Assembly: GCA_964016885.1 (NCBI GenBank)
Contig: OZ024753.1
Span: 45,942,001-46,006,000 of the forward strand
Origin: Eledone cirrhosa
Taxonomy: Eukaryota
Direction of reading: 5' to 3'
Length of the DNA: 64,000 bases
In this document: in pieces, positions 1 through 15,545 of the stretch
Numbering within the stretch: position 1 is the stretch's first letter
How the letters are laid out: each line of letters opens with the position of its first letter
Program-made: the position numbers and the translations under genes
Notes under the pieces: model-generated
Seen by the model: the letters and a program-made list of their open reading frames with translations, nothing else
Told to the model about the DNA's origin: nothing
The model's database searches: none

Positions 1-583
1 CATACATACATACACAGATACATACATATATACATACATACCTCTTTCTCTTTTCTTACTATGTTAAGCGGGAGTCTTACATCATCTTTATTGTAAGTCA
101 TCGTTGTGTTTTTTCCGTTTACATTTCTCATACATGTATGTGTATGTATATATTCGAAATGTGTATATGCGATACTATGAATTTATCTCATACTTTAGGT
201 GTTATCTTTGTGGTGACTTGAATATATAGAAATCACACATAATAGTCCTACCTTCAAAGGTCAGTGGTCCGCTTTAGGGAAACATTACACAAATAAATAT
301 TATGAATCCATAGAAGGGCAAACAATGAGACATAACTGAAATCAAGAAGGTTTCTGACTAAAGTAAATATAACAGTTGAAGATATGTAACCTATAATGGA
401 ATATAACTGGAATACCACTCAGTGGAGTTCTTTTATATTCTGAAAATGATTTCCCTCAAAAGCATTCACACAAATACACCTCGATACACGCAAAAGTGCG
501 CGCGCACACACAGACACACACACAATATATATATATATATATACGAAAAATAAACGAAAAATTAACAGGCCATGGAGTACAAT

Positions 584-924
<341 letters not shown>

Positions 925-3734
925 TAGTAGGCTTTTAAAATCTGGATGTGAAGCACTTCATATTTGAGGAGATTGCATTCAATTTGCTATAATCAATCTA
1001 CGTTATATAATCCAGATAAAACTCCATACTTTTATGTACACCAAATCCTATGAAGTTGTGGAAGTTATCTGTCGCCCCAATATTTAAAATTTACCGAATC
1101 ACTTTATATACGACTCATATATATTTATTATTTCATGCATTGGATACACTATTTCGCATAACATAATTTAATTCATATATCCTGAACACTCGGGTATAAC
1201 TATGTCCTATGAAATAATGTAAATTATATGCGATTGTCTGTACATGTTTCACGGTTATTAGGGTGCTAGTATCTATTTGTGTTTCATAAACTGTCACACA
1301 TGGCATTATCTCTTTTTGTGGACAGAAGGATAGAGCTACTAATGAACAGTTAATCAGACGTGACATCTTATAGGCAACATTTCGTGGTTTCTATGTTCAA
1401 AATAATTGCTTCACGTTTGTTAAAATTTCCATAGCCACTCTTAAAAACTGAAGTTTTACCTACTTTAAATTTTAAACTTGTTACAATTTCTCTAATAACA
1501 CTGTTTTATGCATGAATATATGTACATACATACTTGCAACCACACGCATACAAACAGACACGCATACATACTCATACGTATATAAATGTGTGTGTGTGTG
1601 TGTGTGTGTGTGCGCCTGTGTGTGTGTATGTGTGCGCTCGTGCACGTGCGTCTGTGTGTGAACACACATACATTACGTTTCTGTTAGTTTAGAATATATT
1701 TTTTTATTCCTCATAAACGAAAATACTAGATCAAACAGTGGCATTACAACATTTATAAACCAATTAAAATTTAATTCAAACAAAAAATAATAATTATAAA
1801 TTAAATAATGAATATGATAATATATACATAACATAGAAAATGTCGTTTGTGAAATTTAAATCTCTTATAAGACATAAATAACGCATTGTTGCTTGACAAA
1901 GAAATAACGTTCATAGTTGAGACGTTTATCGAATGTCTTAGAATTTCTTCAACTTTCTTTAATTTATTTTACATTTAAATCAATTAATTTTTTCAGAACA
2001 TTACATTACTGTTGTTCCAGGTATCTAACATCTTCTCATCTTAATGATTAATATATTACACACGTACACACAGACAGACACACTCATATATATATATATG
2101 TGTGTGTTAGGTAATGTATATTACATATTTGTATATACTGGTGGAACTTTAGTAATTATTTGTTTTCTAAATAGCCGCATGATTAAAATTAAAAATCACA
2201 TTATAGATATATTCTGAGAATTTAATGCAATTAGTTTTACGAATTGAATATGCATATTCATTATAAATAAATTCACAAGCTTGAATTTGAAAAGAGACAG
2301 GTTTATGAGTTACTGCTTTTAAAGTAATTTCCAATAAATATGTTCTCCTGTTTTGTTTATTATTTATGTGTAAAGTGTGATATATCCTGGTGAATGGAAC
2401 TTTCTGTAGCTATCGGGATTAAAGGGAACACATTGAGATGTATGGCTATATTGAAGAAGCTAGTGTATATATTCTTATTTCGTTTTCAGAAATAATTAAG
2501 CAAATTAATTTCGTGTGTGTGTGTGCGTATGTGTGTGTGTATTTGTATTTTTCAGCACACTGATCCATGTTGGTTGATCTAAGTAATTAAAAAGTCTGAT
2601 CTATGGTGTAATCAACAATAAGCACTCCACGTCATAGCTAAACTTAAAGGTAATACGTATATGGTAATAAACGAAGTATCTATATTAAGTAAGAAGAGGT
2701 GGTTTCATATAATAATAATTGTTTCATATAATAATAATAATATTTAATAAAATGCCATAACTGACATTATGTAAAATATGTATAACAGATGAGCAACTAA
2801 AATAAAACAAGACAAAACGAGCTGCAACTTGCAACACAACACGACTGAGGCAGTTTACTATCAGGAAAATAGGATAATGGCTCCATACTTATGAACAAAA
2901 TATGAACAGTGTTTTAAACGCCACAGAAAGACAGCGTTGCCTCGGGTGATGCAGTAGGATCTTCTATAAAGAAAACCGTCTAAAATATAAATATGTTGAG
3001 AACAATAAAGATAAAACTAAAAGTAAAGTTTATAAAGAAAGACAGAGAGAATGGTTTAGAAATTGAAAATATAGGAAATTATACAAGAATGCAAAATATT
3101 TAAATATATGGTAATTAACCTGCCAGGAATATTAGAATATTAGGGATGCAGTTGCCTAATGTGGTCATTTTATTGTGGATAGTGTATGTAGGGATACATC
3201 ACACACCTTTACATATCTATATTAAGAAATACTCCTACATTATAAAAATAAAAAAATTACGAACAGATGAAGTGAGCAAGATGGGAAAAGGCAAGGGCAG
3301 AGAACTGCAAAGGCAGAGCGAAGGAAATATGTATATTGAAGGTAAATGATAGAGACGTGTGGCAGAAGGAAAAACAAAATCATTATCATGAGAGAAAGCA
3401 GAAAAACAAAACTATTCCCGTCATGCAAGATAGACATCAATCAATGTCAAGGTATAAATGTCGAAATCTAAATATATTCCGATAGCTGAAATAAGTAATA
3501 TTTTAGCGCAACAGTGTCCAACTGTAGATAAAATAACTCTTGAGCTACTTTAAAAAAATCTGACTGAAATACAACTGAAAGTTAACGTTTTCAAGTGATA
3601 ACGCTACCCCTTAATTTAATAGATATTTTCATGGAATACGTTCAATATAGATTCAACATAAAGTTGTATATACCTATACACACAAACACACATATATGTG
3701 TGTATGTGTGTATTTGCGTGTGCAAGTAAATGTG

Positions 3735-4090
3735 CATTTGCTCCATTTCAAGGACGCATGGACAAAAGACATGAAGGCCTCTGCAACGTCACTTCTTCCT
3801 GAGAGAGACAGGTTGGGGACCGCGTTGTCTGGTGTCAAACTGTCCGCAAGATCATCGGAGGTGCAGATGGAAAAAGAGGTCAATTTGCAAAAGAAAAGAG
3901 GGACAAAATAGTGCATCCCAGACATAGCAACTACACAGGATTCTACATATATCTGCACCAAGTTCAAAAAGGACTGTCACTCACGCATCGGTTTTCACAG
4001 TCACAATAGACGACGCGAAAGACTATTCATAATTCTCGGTACATTAAGTATGGACTCCCGAAACTGAGCTGCCAAAGATGATGTTATTGA

Positions 4091-4095
<5 letters not shown>
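3735..4095 (+). mobile_element. RTE-clade LINE 3' fragment with C-terminal Cys/His motif
   Basis: LHFKDAWTKDMKA... and YICTKFKKDCHSRIGFHSHNRR (RTE-type CxxC..CHSRIGLxSH), frameshifted, with a GAT-rich tail. Confidence 0.8.
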
Positions 4096-4128
<33 letters not shown>

Positions 4129-5499
4129 TTAAAGTAATGGGTACAAACCCCCAGTGAAAGTTGGCCACCAACCCATAACATCACCACCTCCTGACCAAGC
4201 TATATTTAAAGTTGTAAAGTTATTCTCATACGTTTTGTAAATATATCTTATTCCAATTTCCATTTGGCCTGGACATTTATCTATGACTTTGCTATACCTT
4301 TATGCTCGGAATGTTAATTTCGGCTGGTGCCAAGTTATTGTATATTCCTGGGAGAAGAAGACAGTATCAGGGATATAGATTTTTTATTAAAGTAATATTG
4401 ATATAAAATCTACTTTCGTATTCAAATGAATACACAATTGATTGTTTTTTGGTGCAGGTCTTGGCAAATAAACCCATATTTTAAAGAAGGAGTATTTTTC
4501 CTGTTTCTTCTCTACCCAGTCTTTATTATGTTCTATATTACTTTTGGATTTTTTTCGTTTCTAATTCCACATCGTTAGTTGTATTCGTTTTGACATGCTT
4601 CTGAAAATTATACACCATTGCTATATATTTTACTTTCCACAAGCCTGCTTATTAGAATTTTATTTGCATCGTACGTTTAGAATGTGAATTATTTATTATA
4701 TACTAATGTTTTATGTCCTGCGTTAGAAGCATCCTAATTGTTGAGTGTGAACGTAGAGTTGAAATCAATAATAACAAAATAGGCCGATAGCTTCAAAGTG
4801 AAATCGAACTTCCCAATGTTTCCGAGTTATCAAATCTATAATCTTTGAAACGTAACATGAAAAATATATAAAAAAATATATAAAATATAAGACTTTTTTT
4901 TTAGAGATTTTGTTGAAATCAAAGTGAATTGCATGTCTGGTTTTTACTTATTTGTCTACCTTAAATTCTATTTCTTCTTTTCCTCTTTTATGTGTTTCAG
5001 TCGTCGACCCGAGGCCAAGCTGGAGCCTATATGTTTATTCAATTATTTACTTATGTTGTTATTGCGGTTTCTATTATTATTTAGCCGGAGACATCACAGA
5101 TTGAGCAGATATATAACCCAAGACGTTCAGGAATTAAACAACCTGCCTTGTTAGTCAGAGATACTATATCGATCAGTACATTATTCGATTTGCAACTCCA
5201 TTATAAGACAATTTAGTAGGAATTATTTGGAGATATGGTTGTTAAAGTTAGCAGGTCCAGTGACAACGTTGAGTATACATTGATTGATGTCTTATAATTG
5301 TATTACAACAGTGACATTTGTGCTACAAACTTATTGCCAGACAAATTCCTGCACTATTTCCCACTAACAATTGAACCTGTTTCATGTCAGTTTTCTCACC
5401 GTATAATATACAACATGCCTCAGCTTTCTAAGTACAAGCGATACATTTTAGAAAAGAGTTATTTGTATATATTCTTGAGAATGGTAGAGTTGGTAGAGA

Positions 5500-5635
5500 G
5501 TTCTATCAAATATAATTGCGTTATTTGTTCAAGAATTTTACCTTCTGAGGTCAAATCATAGCAATATCCACTTCACCTCTCATTATTCTGGGGTTTTAAA
5601 TAACGTAGCAGTCATATACTGGAGTTGATTTAGTC
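5500..5635 (+). mobile_element. Old degenerate copy of the same SINE
   Basis: TTTACCTTCTGAGGTCAAATC...CTTCACCTCTCATTATTCTGGGGT...TACTGGAGTTGAT is colinear with the 62.3 kb copy. Confidence 0.4.
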
Positions 5636-8118
5636 ATTTTGCATGTATGTATGCACAACTATGGTTTTTTTGTGGGGTTTGATAAACCTAGAACGGATAT
5701 TGGTCTATTATTTTAAACTGTTTAATTATGGTATTATGAAGATAACTTAGAGCGATCGTTGATCTTACTTTAGCTTCGAGTCAAGCGGAGTCTTGTGGGG
5801 GAGGAAATTGGTAACTGCAAATTGTATGGAAATCTGGTTGCCGAATTCTGCCATGTAATGTGTCATATTGATTTTGCCAAAAGATTACATTAAAGTGACA
5901 CGTGACTGGAATACTAATCATCGAATGAACTGTAATAATAATCATCGAAATCTAGGGAGACCTATTCCTTTGTGTATTAGTAGCGAAAAATTGATACGAA
6001 ACCGTGGCTTTTCCTTGCTTCAACATAACATAGTAATGGCTAATGTTTCTTGTTTCTTCACATCTAGTCTACTGTTTGTGTTTTATTTGCAGATAAATAG
6101 ACCATTTAATTCACTTTATATTTGCTGGAATCCCTGCTGATCAATAACGCCTCAGATTTAACCAATTTATATATTCGTTTGATATTTTCCCATTATCCTT
6201 AAAAGCTGCCACAACCAGTCTCTACGTCTTCATATGTTATGTTACATCTCTGCAAGCTTGTCCCCTCCTCTAGTCACTGTCATTCCTATTTCGTCATCGT
6301 TCACCACACCTGAATAACTGGAGACGACATAAATTTTACCGGTGTGCTAAATTTGACATTAGTAGATAAGTTATAATAAATATATCTCCATCCATAATAT
6401 TCCTGTTTTTTAAAATCTCTCTGGAAATATTGCCTAAACATTTCTGATAACAGCTTATAGCGACACTATAATTTAATTTGAAGACGTGTTATGGGTTGGT
6501 TTTGTAACTCTGAGTTGTCTCACCAGAATAAGTAGCGCTTACTCTCCTCCTGTGAAGCAATTTTATCCGGTATTGCTATCTTCCAATCAACTGATGAGTG
6601 CCAGTATCAACTAAGAATTTACCACATCCTCCTATTAGGGACAGGTACTCTGTATAAGATGGTTAGTCGCTTAAAGTCATCGGAAACTTGGACAAAAAAG
6701 TTTGAAATATATAATTTCAACTGAGGATATACTGTGATGTATCTAAAGTCCTAAAATTCCAATAGCTGTACTTAAGAGTAATCTTGGAAATAATCATCAT
6801 CCTCATTATCTTTATCATCCCCGGCATCGCCACCACCAAAGGTACCAATACCACCACAAAACGCAACACATCCAACATCACCAAATATATGCATATGCAT
6901 TTGTATTTAACGGTTATCCATGGAAGAAATAGTCCACAGGATACTTTTCGAGGTTTCCATGATGGACAGCAAGTGAAAAGCAAATTACCTTCCCACCGAG
7001 TATATTGCCTGAATATTTCAGTACAGTTAACTGGATAATAGCACCCAAGGACCGGATGATGATCTTAAACTGGGTAACATATTATGTCTATTATTATCAA
7101 TAAAATGGAATTAGTTCATTCTGAAAAAAAGATACTAAAATATATTTCGAATATACACGCATTGCTTCTTAAGAAAATATTGTGTAAACATATCTAGTTT
7201 TCAAACAATTATTGTTCATATTTTTACTGTTTGTCTGGTGCGGCTTCAAGTTGAGTAAAAAGAACAAAAAGAAATCTTATGTTTTATTGAGGTTCTTGTA
7301 GTAAGTACATTTCTCTGATTTGAATATCGTTGATTCATTCTTCCCCATAGACTATTCTACGAATTATGCATACTGCTATTTTGTATCGTATTATGTCTAT
7401 CACAGATATTACCATTTTATCAGCCCAAGATGTCTGAGTGTCATTTCTATTCACAGTTGTTTTTTTATAGCTGCAATAACGACTGTGTTTTTATTCTGTT
7501 ATCTATCGATATATATATATATTTTTTTCAAATTGTTCCACAAGGTGTTGGTCTTATATCTTATACATTTGAATTTGTAATTGCGTTTTTTTATCGTATT
7601 GTTTAATGTCTTTTTTTTTCTCTGTGAGTGTATTTTTTCCATCTCTTTTAATGTAAGACTTGAGAGAAAAAATGGCAATAAATTCACACCAATGTAAGTA
7701 TTAACATTTCACGGCTCATTGAAGCAAAAATAATATTTAGCAATAAAGTTTGTTGTCCGCAAACTATTTAATGATAGAAGACAAAATAAATAAATGAAAC
7801 TAAAAATAATATAATAAACAGGTTTTAAAGCGAAATAAGTGTAGATTCTGATACATATACACACACACAAACACGCGCATACACACACATATATATATAT
7901 ACACACACACACACACACTCGGAGAAAGATAGAGGGAGGATACATATATGAGTGTGTGTATAATCAAAGAGGAACTAACTCAGGGATAATACTATCAATA
8001 TAGGATGTAGACAAAAAAGGTAATTTGTTTCCTCCGAGGCTAACACATTCAGCGAAAAGTTAGTATAACTTTGACAATATGTTTTGATATCAATTCCAGT
8101 ACACTCAATGATCAAGAC

Positions 8119-8154
<36 letters not shown>

Positions 8155-9844
8155 CCTGAAGAAGGGAATCGTTTTAAATAGTTCTTTCTGAATTAAAGCA
8201 GCGTGTGAAAACTTCGATATTTCCATAATTTGCAAAAACATCAGCAGTACATCTTCAATGAAATACACGTATATAATTTACTGAACACTTAAGATTCTGG
8301 CCACCATTTCTTTGTATCTTCGTAAATGTTCATTCATAGTATATACACATATATAAGCACTAAGAATAACATCTCTTCCACTTTAATCATTTCATCGTTG
8401 TTCAACATTATTGTAATAAATTCTAAGAAATATAAACAGCACACTAAGATTGAATAAATAATTTCGAGCTATAACAGAAAGGTTATATGTGTCACTTTAG
8501 ATGCTAGAAATAGATCATGAAAAATAAAAGTTAAGAAAGAGGCCGATGAGTTATATAACACAAGAACATATTGTTTCCCTTGCTCTTTTCATTGTAGATA
8601 ATATCTGCTGGCCACAACTCCTTGCAGAAGGCTCAGCATTTCTCCGTTTAAAGTAGACATGATTTGAACACCAAATGCACAATGCCAGACATATAGACCA
8701 AGACATGGTAGTGTCAAATGCTTTTACATTTTCCTAATTTATCATCCTTGACAGATCTGTACATATCGACCGTGAATAAAAACAAGTTGTGTTATATGAA
8801 CGAGTCTTACAAATACACTCGAAAAAGACAACGAAAAGAAGGAGACCAAATAATTATCACAAGCCTTTCCTGCATTTGGAGAATTTCTACTATAACGTAT
8901 TTTCGAATTGACTGATACGAAGTAGTGTTTGTTTCTATGTTCTACCTACACACACACACATTATATATATATATATATATATATATACATACATAAGTAC
9001 ATGCACAAACACTCGCACACAGACACACACACATACATATGTGTATATATATTATAATTCCATATAATACAATTAACGCTATTAGCACTTAAATGTCAAT
9101 CAAATCCCATTATTTTATCATTCTCCTAATTTTCCTCTCTATTTTCAGATATTTCATGCAATATATATATTACTCACCACAATCATATCCTCATCATCAC
9201 CATAAAGGACCTTTTCATATACTACAGCATAATCGCATATACTACAGCATAATCGCCATCACTATCATCTCCAACACCACCACCATCATCATCATTATCA
9301 CATCTCCATTATCATTCTCATGACCATAACGATGATGATGATGATGATGATGATAATGGTGATCATCATCATCATCATCGTTGTTTTGATAATAATCATC
9401 ATCATTAAATCCAATTTTATCAGAGAATTGTTCAAATGTGTTTACTTTTATTTCTAAATTATATCATCATTATATTCATTTTGGTGCACAATCAAAATAT
9501 AACTTGAATTATTTTATATAATCATAGAACCAGTTTTCTATAATAATAAGTGACTTATTTATCTCATATCAAATGTATTTAATATATTTCGTTGAATTAA
9601 AATATTTGTATAATACTATTGTATTAATAATATCTGTATATATCTAGACTTTTAACATATATATACATAAATGTATTTCATTTGCAATATTCTTGATGTG
9701 AAATCGTGTTGAAACACACTTAGGTTTGGCGATGGTGATGTTGCCAATATTTGCCAAGAAAGACATATGCAGTGTTCTATTTTCCCTTCAACTTTATTCT
9801 CAAATATTAGTTAGAACTTTACAGTTCTTTCGTCCCACATTCTG

Positions 9845-9930
9845 TAAAATAGACCTCGGTGGGATTTGAAATAAGTTTAAAAGAAAACCCGATCAACACC
9901 AGGAAGCCTTTAATCGAACGCTCAAACAAA
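9845..9930 (-). mobile_element. Partial degenerate copy of the same SINE
   Basis: GACCTCGGTGGGATTTGAA matches the reverse complement of TTCAAATCCCGTCGAGGTT. Confidence 0.5.
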
Positions 9931-10497
9931 CAGACATGTGATATCACCCTTTATTTATTATATATTTTCCCATAGGTCAATCGTGACCTTCACATCCACA
10001 CTTTTCTGACGAGAGAAGTTTCCCCGAATATGTATATTCCAGGCAATTCAATTTTTTGGATTATTGTATAGAGAAAAACAGTTATATGTAAGTGAAAGAC
10101 TATATAACAAATGTCCTAGGAGACTGTGGTGGTATGTTAACTAACAACGTTAAGATATATTACAGTATATCGTATCACATTTATTACTAGGAATGAGAAT
10201 AAGATAGGAAATGAACGAATATAAAGGCAAACATTACTGTGTCCTGATTTTCAATCATTTGATGCAAAGCACGCCTATATATCCATTAAATTGTGTATAC
10301 ATAATTATATGTACCTATAAAGGTATATATGTATATAACTGTGTATATATAAATGTGTGTGTGTGAGATTCATAGATAGTTATATACATAAATTGAAAAT
10401 ATATAGCCTGGTATACGTAAGAGTAATGACATTCAAATATATTATAATTCAATAAAATACATTTTGCAATATATATCTTGAATTACACCCTATCCAT

Positions 10498-10499
<2 letters not shown>

Positions 10500-10529
<30 letters not shown>

Positions 10530-10806
10530 CACCTACATATACATATATATATATATACACCTACATATACATATATATATACCTACATATATATATATAT
10601 ATATACACCTACATATACATATATATATATACCTACATATATATATACACCTACATATACATATATATATACCTACATATATACATACACCTACATATAC
10701 CTACATATATATATATACACCTACATATATATATATATACACCTACATATATATATATATATATATATACCTACATATATATACCTACACATATATATAT
10801 ATACCT
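10500..10806. repeat. TA-derived minisatellite (CACCTACATATA...)
   Basis: Recurrent ACCTAC between TA runs. Confidence 0.9.
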
Positions 10807-11154
10807 ACTTCTTACAAGAATACATTCACACATACAGAAGACTGAATATTAACACGTAAATATTTATTTAAGAAATAAGACGAAAAAAATGTTTCGCCGC
10901 CATCACGTTATTTCTATGATAGTATTGCTAGCACTCTGAGTTCACACAATAAATTCGTTGATATCTATATATCACCAACAGAAGAGAAATATTTTCTTTA
11001 TCCTACCTATTATTTTTAATTTCATACATGTTTTCTTTTCCCAGTCTCATTATTGAATGATATTATCAATAATCATTTTTCTCTTCGTCCTTTCTTTGTT
11101 TCGTTTGAACGAAAACCGGGAAATATCAATACAATTTAGAAGCTAATAACAACC

Positions 11155-11548
11155 ATATATATATATATGTATATATATATACATATCTATTTATACATAC
11201 ATATGTATATATACAGATCTATATATACATAAATATGTATATATACAGATCTATATATACATAAATATGTATATATACATATCTATATATACATACATAT
11301 GTATATATACATATCTATATATACATACATATGTATATATACATACATATGTATATATACATATCTATATATACATACATATCTATATATATGCATATAT
11401 GTATATATATATGTATACATATATACATAAATACACATATCCATTTATACATATATATATACATATATTTATACACATATCTATATAAACACATATCTAT
11501 ATATACATATATATATTATATATATATATACACACACAGAAATGTATG

Positions 11549-11640
<92 letters not shown>

Positions 11641-11646
11641 GAACTG

Positions 11647-11732
<86 letters not shown>

Positions 11733-11787
11733 CACTCTCTCTAGATATATATACATATATATGCAAATATATACATACATATATATA
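11155..11787. repeat. Compound TA/CA micro-minisatellite
   Basis: Direct reading. Confidence 0.9.
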
Positions 11788-12354
11788 GAAACAGATATAG
11801 TTATGCTCTAATATTAATGAATAGAAAACAATTTATCTTGTATTTTACAACAACATCAATTACATGTGTTTACAAAAACTTGAGGAAATTTTCATCTAAA
11901 TAGCAGCGCATAATTATAACAGAGGCGAGTAAAGCAAACAAATATCTGACTATATGAAAATATTCACGTAGCACTCATTGAAATATCTTGAATAGCAAGA
12001 GGATATCCAAACAGTTTCTCAATAGGAATCTGATACATCGTCCGCATATTTCTTTATTATTTCAGTATGACTTGAGAGTTTTCTATAGAATGATGTTATC
12101 TTACAATCAATTGTGAAGTGGCGATTAGATATTTCTTACCAAACAAGTTTATATATATATATATTATTTATATATATTCAAGAGCCCACACACATAAACA
12201 CACACACATATATATATATATATGATTAGTAGCAATAAAGTTGGGGTCAGAAGAACTGTGTCTAACGGTAGTTTCTGTCGAGGCATATCTCAACAGATAG
12301 AGTTCACTGAGCCTCCTCGTATACTAAATATATATATATATATATATATATATA

Positions 12355-12600
12355 ATCATTAGAACATCTGACTGATAAAATGACAAGTCAGTCAATCATA
12401 TTGGTGGCCTCTCCCCACAGCCACGGTGAAAAGACTGGAGCAGGCGTTTCCCCGGCTGACGGCAAGGGAGACACGCTGGAAAAGCCATTCCAGCTCACGA
12501 GGCTCACGCCTGCGGCTGGCCAGCTCAGCGCCTATGGTGATGAGTAGGGAGGTAGCCCTAGGGCCGAGGACACCAGAAGTCTCCACTGCCAAGGGTACAA
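12355..12600 (-). mobile_element. 3' fragment of a CRE-clade non-LTR retrotransposon (restriction-like endonuclease C-terminus plus short 3' UTR)
   Basis: Translation VPLAVETSGVLGPRA...EPRELEWLFQRVSLAVSRGNA matches the CRE-type motif P-x-AVETxGxxG...QRxSxAxQRGNA as I recall it. GC-rich island whose 3' end abuts (TA)n. Confidence 0.8.
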
Positions 12601-13365
12601 CCGCAGTGTTCTCTTTAATATAACATATACGACTGTTATAGCAGCGATCACCATACAGCTAACGGTGGAGAGGAAGCGAGAACTAATGTCATATGCTTAC
12701 ATCCATTATCAATCTTTCTATCTCTCTTACAATCTATCTATATCTATCTATCCTCTAATTTATCTATGTATCTATCTAACTATTTATCTATGTATGTGTG
12801 TGTTTATGTATGTGAGTGTGTGTATGAGTATGTGAGAATGTGTATTTTTAAATTGACAACACATCCTAATTTCAATGGAAAATATTTACCTTTTTAACAA
12901 AGTCATCAAATGAGATCATAGGCAATAAATTACCTCCCTTTATATCGACATATATAGTTACATAAACCTACACTGACATAGGAACAATAGGGTATATATG
13001 CAGCGGGCTTATTTCATGAATGTGTCGATGTATGAATCTATGCTTATATTATGTAGTTCGGCATGTATACTGGCAATGTGATTAGAATATTTGTATTCCT
13101 ATTGATTGAGTTTATATTATATGTCCAGAATATGCTGCATGTCAATGTAATAGAAAGTTGAGACTGAAAAGATGATAGATATGTAAAGCAATCTCCATCT
13201 TTCTATATATATATAATATGTATGTACAGTCATTGTCTCACTTGTATACACTCGATGTGATATATTCTGTTATATACTGATATATAATATGATTGTATAT
13301 TGTTGGTGCCAGAGACAAAGTATAAAATAGTTCATATATATATATATATATATATACATAAATAT

Positions 13366-13459
<94 letters not shown>

Positions 13460-14002
13460 ATGTGTGTGTGTGTATGTACATATATATTTTACATACTCTG
13501 TGCGTTTGCGAGTACACACATACATATAATGAAATGCGTTACATCAAAAGATCGATATAGATATATGTATTGCATAATTTAGAACAGGAAATTAAATTTC
13601 AGCAGTGAAAATCAATCCAACTCTGACATTTGATATAATCTTACTAAATCTCAATGTGTTTCAAAATCTTTTCTCTTCTAATATATAATGTATAATCTTT
13701 ATTTGTTAGTTCACGTTTTTTCCTTTATTTCCCTATATATATTTTTTCTCTTTCTGATTTACCATGTATTAACAATCGTGATGTCTGGTTGAATGTCAAG
13801 CAATTTGTATGTAGGAAAATACATTCATCAGAACCGAGTGCAAATAAATGATAAAGTTCACAGTACGGCGAATGTGTTTAAATTTAAAAGAAGCTAAAGT
13901 TCATATTAAGCACTTAAGAAATTAATTTAGGTACATCTACTGGCTTCACATATGGACACTGTACACACACACACAGACACGTATGTATGTATGTATGTAT
14001 TA

Positions 14003-14113
14003 TAAAGAGTCGGGACTCTTGGGGTAGTAGAGTATAACCATACTCTACTACCCCAAGTATCGAGTGACTACTTTGTGGAGTAATGGCCTGACCAGTTTCA
14101 AAAGGAATCTATT

Positions 14114-14155
<42 letters not shown>

Positions 14156-14365
14156 AATAGATTCATTATATATATATATAGTAATAATAATAAATGTGAA
14201 GACTAAAATCCAAAGAGGGCTCGATAAGGATAAATATATATCAAATATATAAGAACTATAGAGCAAATATTTATTAAAATAACAGATTAAAGTTTAAGCA
14301 AAGAATCGCTGCTTTCATTCTTAACGGGATCTTACCCGTTAAGGGTGAAAGCAGTGATTATTTAC
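14003..14365. mobile_element. Composite (TA)n-associated element with three fold-backs
   Basis: Hairpins at 14018-14057 and 14304-14359, plus a 14-bp inverted repeat around (TA)n at 14105-14164. TACTACCCCAAGTATCGAGT resembles the copy A/B segment. 14267-14302 is identical to 43922-43957. Confidence 0.65.
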
Positions 14366-14499
14366 TTATTTTAATAAACATACATACATACATACATACA
14401 GACAGAGAGGTCGAAATATATGTAACTATCCCAGGCCGATAGTTTGTCCAACAAGCTAAATTGCTCAATGAGATATTGTGTAGTATATATTTCTGAGAC

Positions 14500-14590
14500 A
14501 CATTCCATTCTCACTTCAGGCAGTGCAACATCCCCAACCCTCACATGACCAGCGGTAGAGGCTGGAATTCCATCATGCACGGGATCTAAA
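14500..14590 (-). mobile_element. Possible short RTE-like LINE remnant
   Basis: AGHVRVGDVALPEV resembles the RTE WAGHVxRxxDxRLPK motif. The match is short. Confidence 0.3.
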
Positions 14591-14919
14591 ACAGCTGAGT
14601 TGTAAGATTTCAACAAAATATAAAATAATTAAATAACAGATTTACACGAAATATATGGACTTGAAACGTGCTTAGAGCTTCTCATTTCGTAACGTGCTGC
14701 CGCGTTTATTCAAGGAATGAAGCATGTCTACGTATCTGTTAATGCACTAAAAACCTCCTTTAATTCATTTTACGTTGTTTTAACCGAATGGTTTCTGTAA
14801 AACCTGCAGCAGTAGCAATATATTTATTATTGCACTGTTACAACTGACAAACTGTTACTATTTAGGAATCTGCATGTCTCGATCCCAAACAAATAGCTAA
14901 CTATTATTTCTAGGTACGT

Positions 14920-15545
14920 GAGTGTATGTGTATATATATACATTTATATACACTCATATATGTGTATATATATATATGCATACATTTATATATACACATA
15001 TATGTGTATATATATATATGCATACATTTATATATACACATATATGTGTATATATATATATGCATACATTTATATATACACATATATGTATATATATATA
15101 TATATATACATACATTTATATATACACATATATGTATATATATATATATATATACATACATTTATATATACACATATATGTATATATATATATACATACA
15201 TTTATATATACACATATATGTATATATATATATATATACATACATTTATATATACACATATATGTGTATATATATATATATACATACATTTATATATACA
15301 CATATATGTGTATATATATATATATACATACATTTATATATACACATATATGTGTATATATATATATACATACATTTATATATACACATATATGTGTATA
15401 TATATATATATATACATACATTTATATATACACATATATGTGTATATATATATATATATATACATACATTTATATATACACATATATGTGTGTATATATA
15501 TTTATACATACATTTATATATACACATATGTGTATATATACCTAT
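14920..15545. repeat. Minisatellite, unit ~CATACATTTATATATACACATATATGTG(TA)n
   Basis: Many tandem units with variable TA length. Confidence 0.93.

Noticed and set aside
8575-8660. Strong-looking plus-strand splice acceptor
   Set aside because: All three frames stop within about 60 nt and there is no recognisable product.
10002-10045. CTGACGA...GAAT hammerhead-like string
   Set aside because: GAAT instead of GAAA, poor stem II and no stem I.
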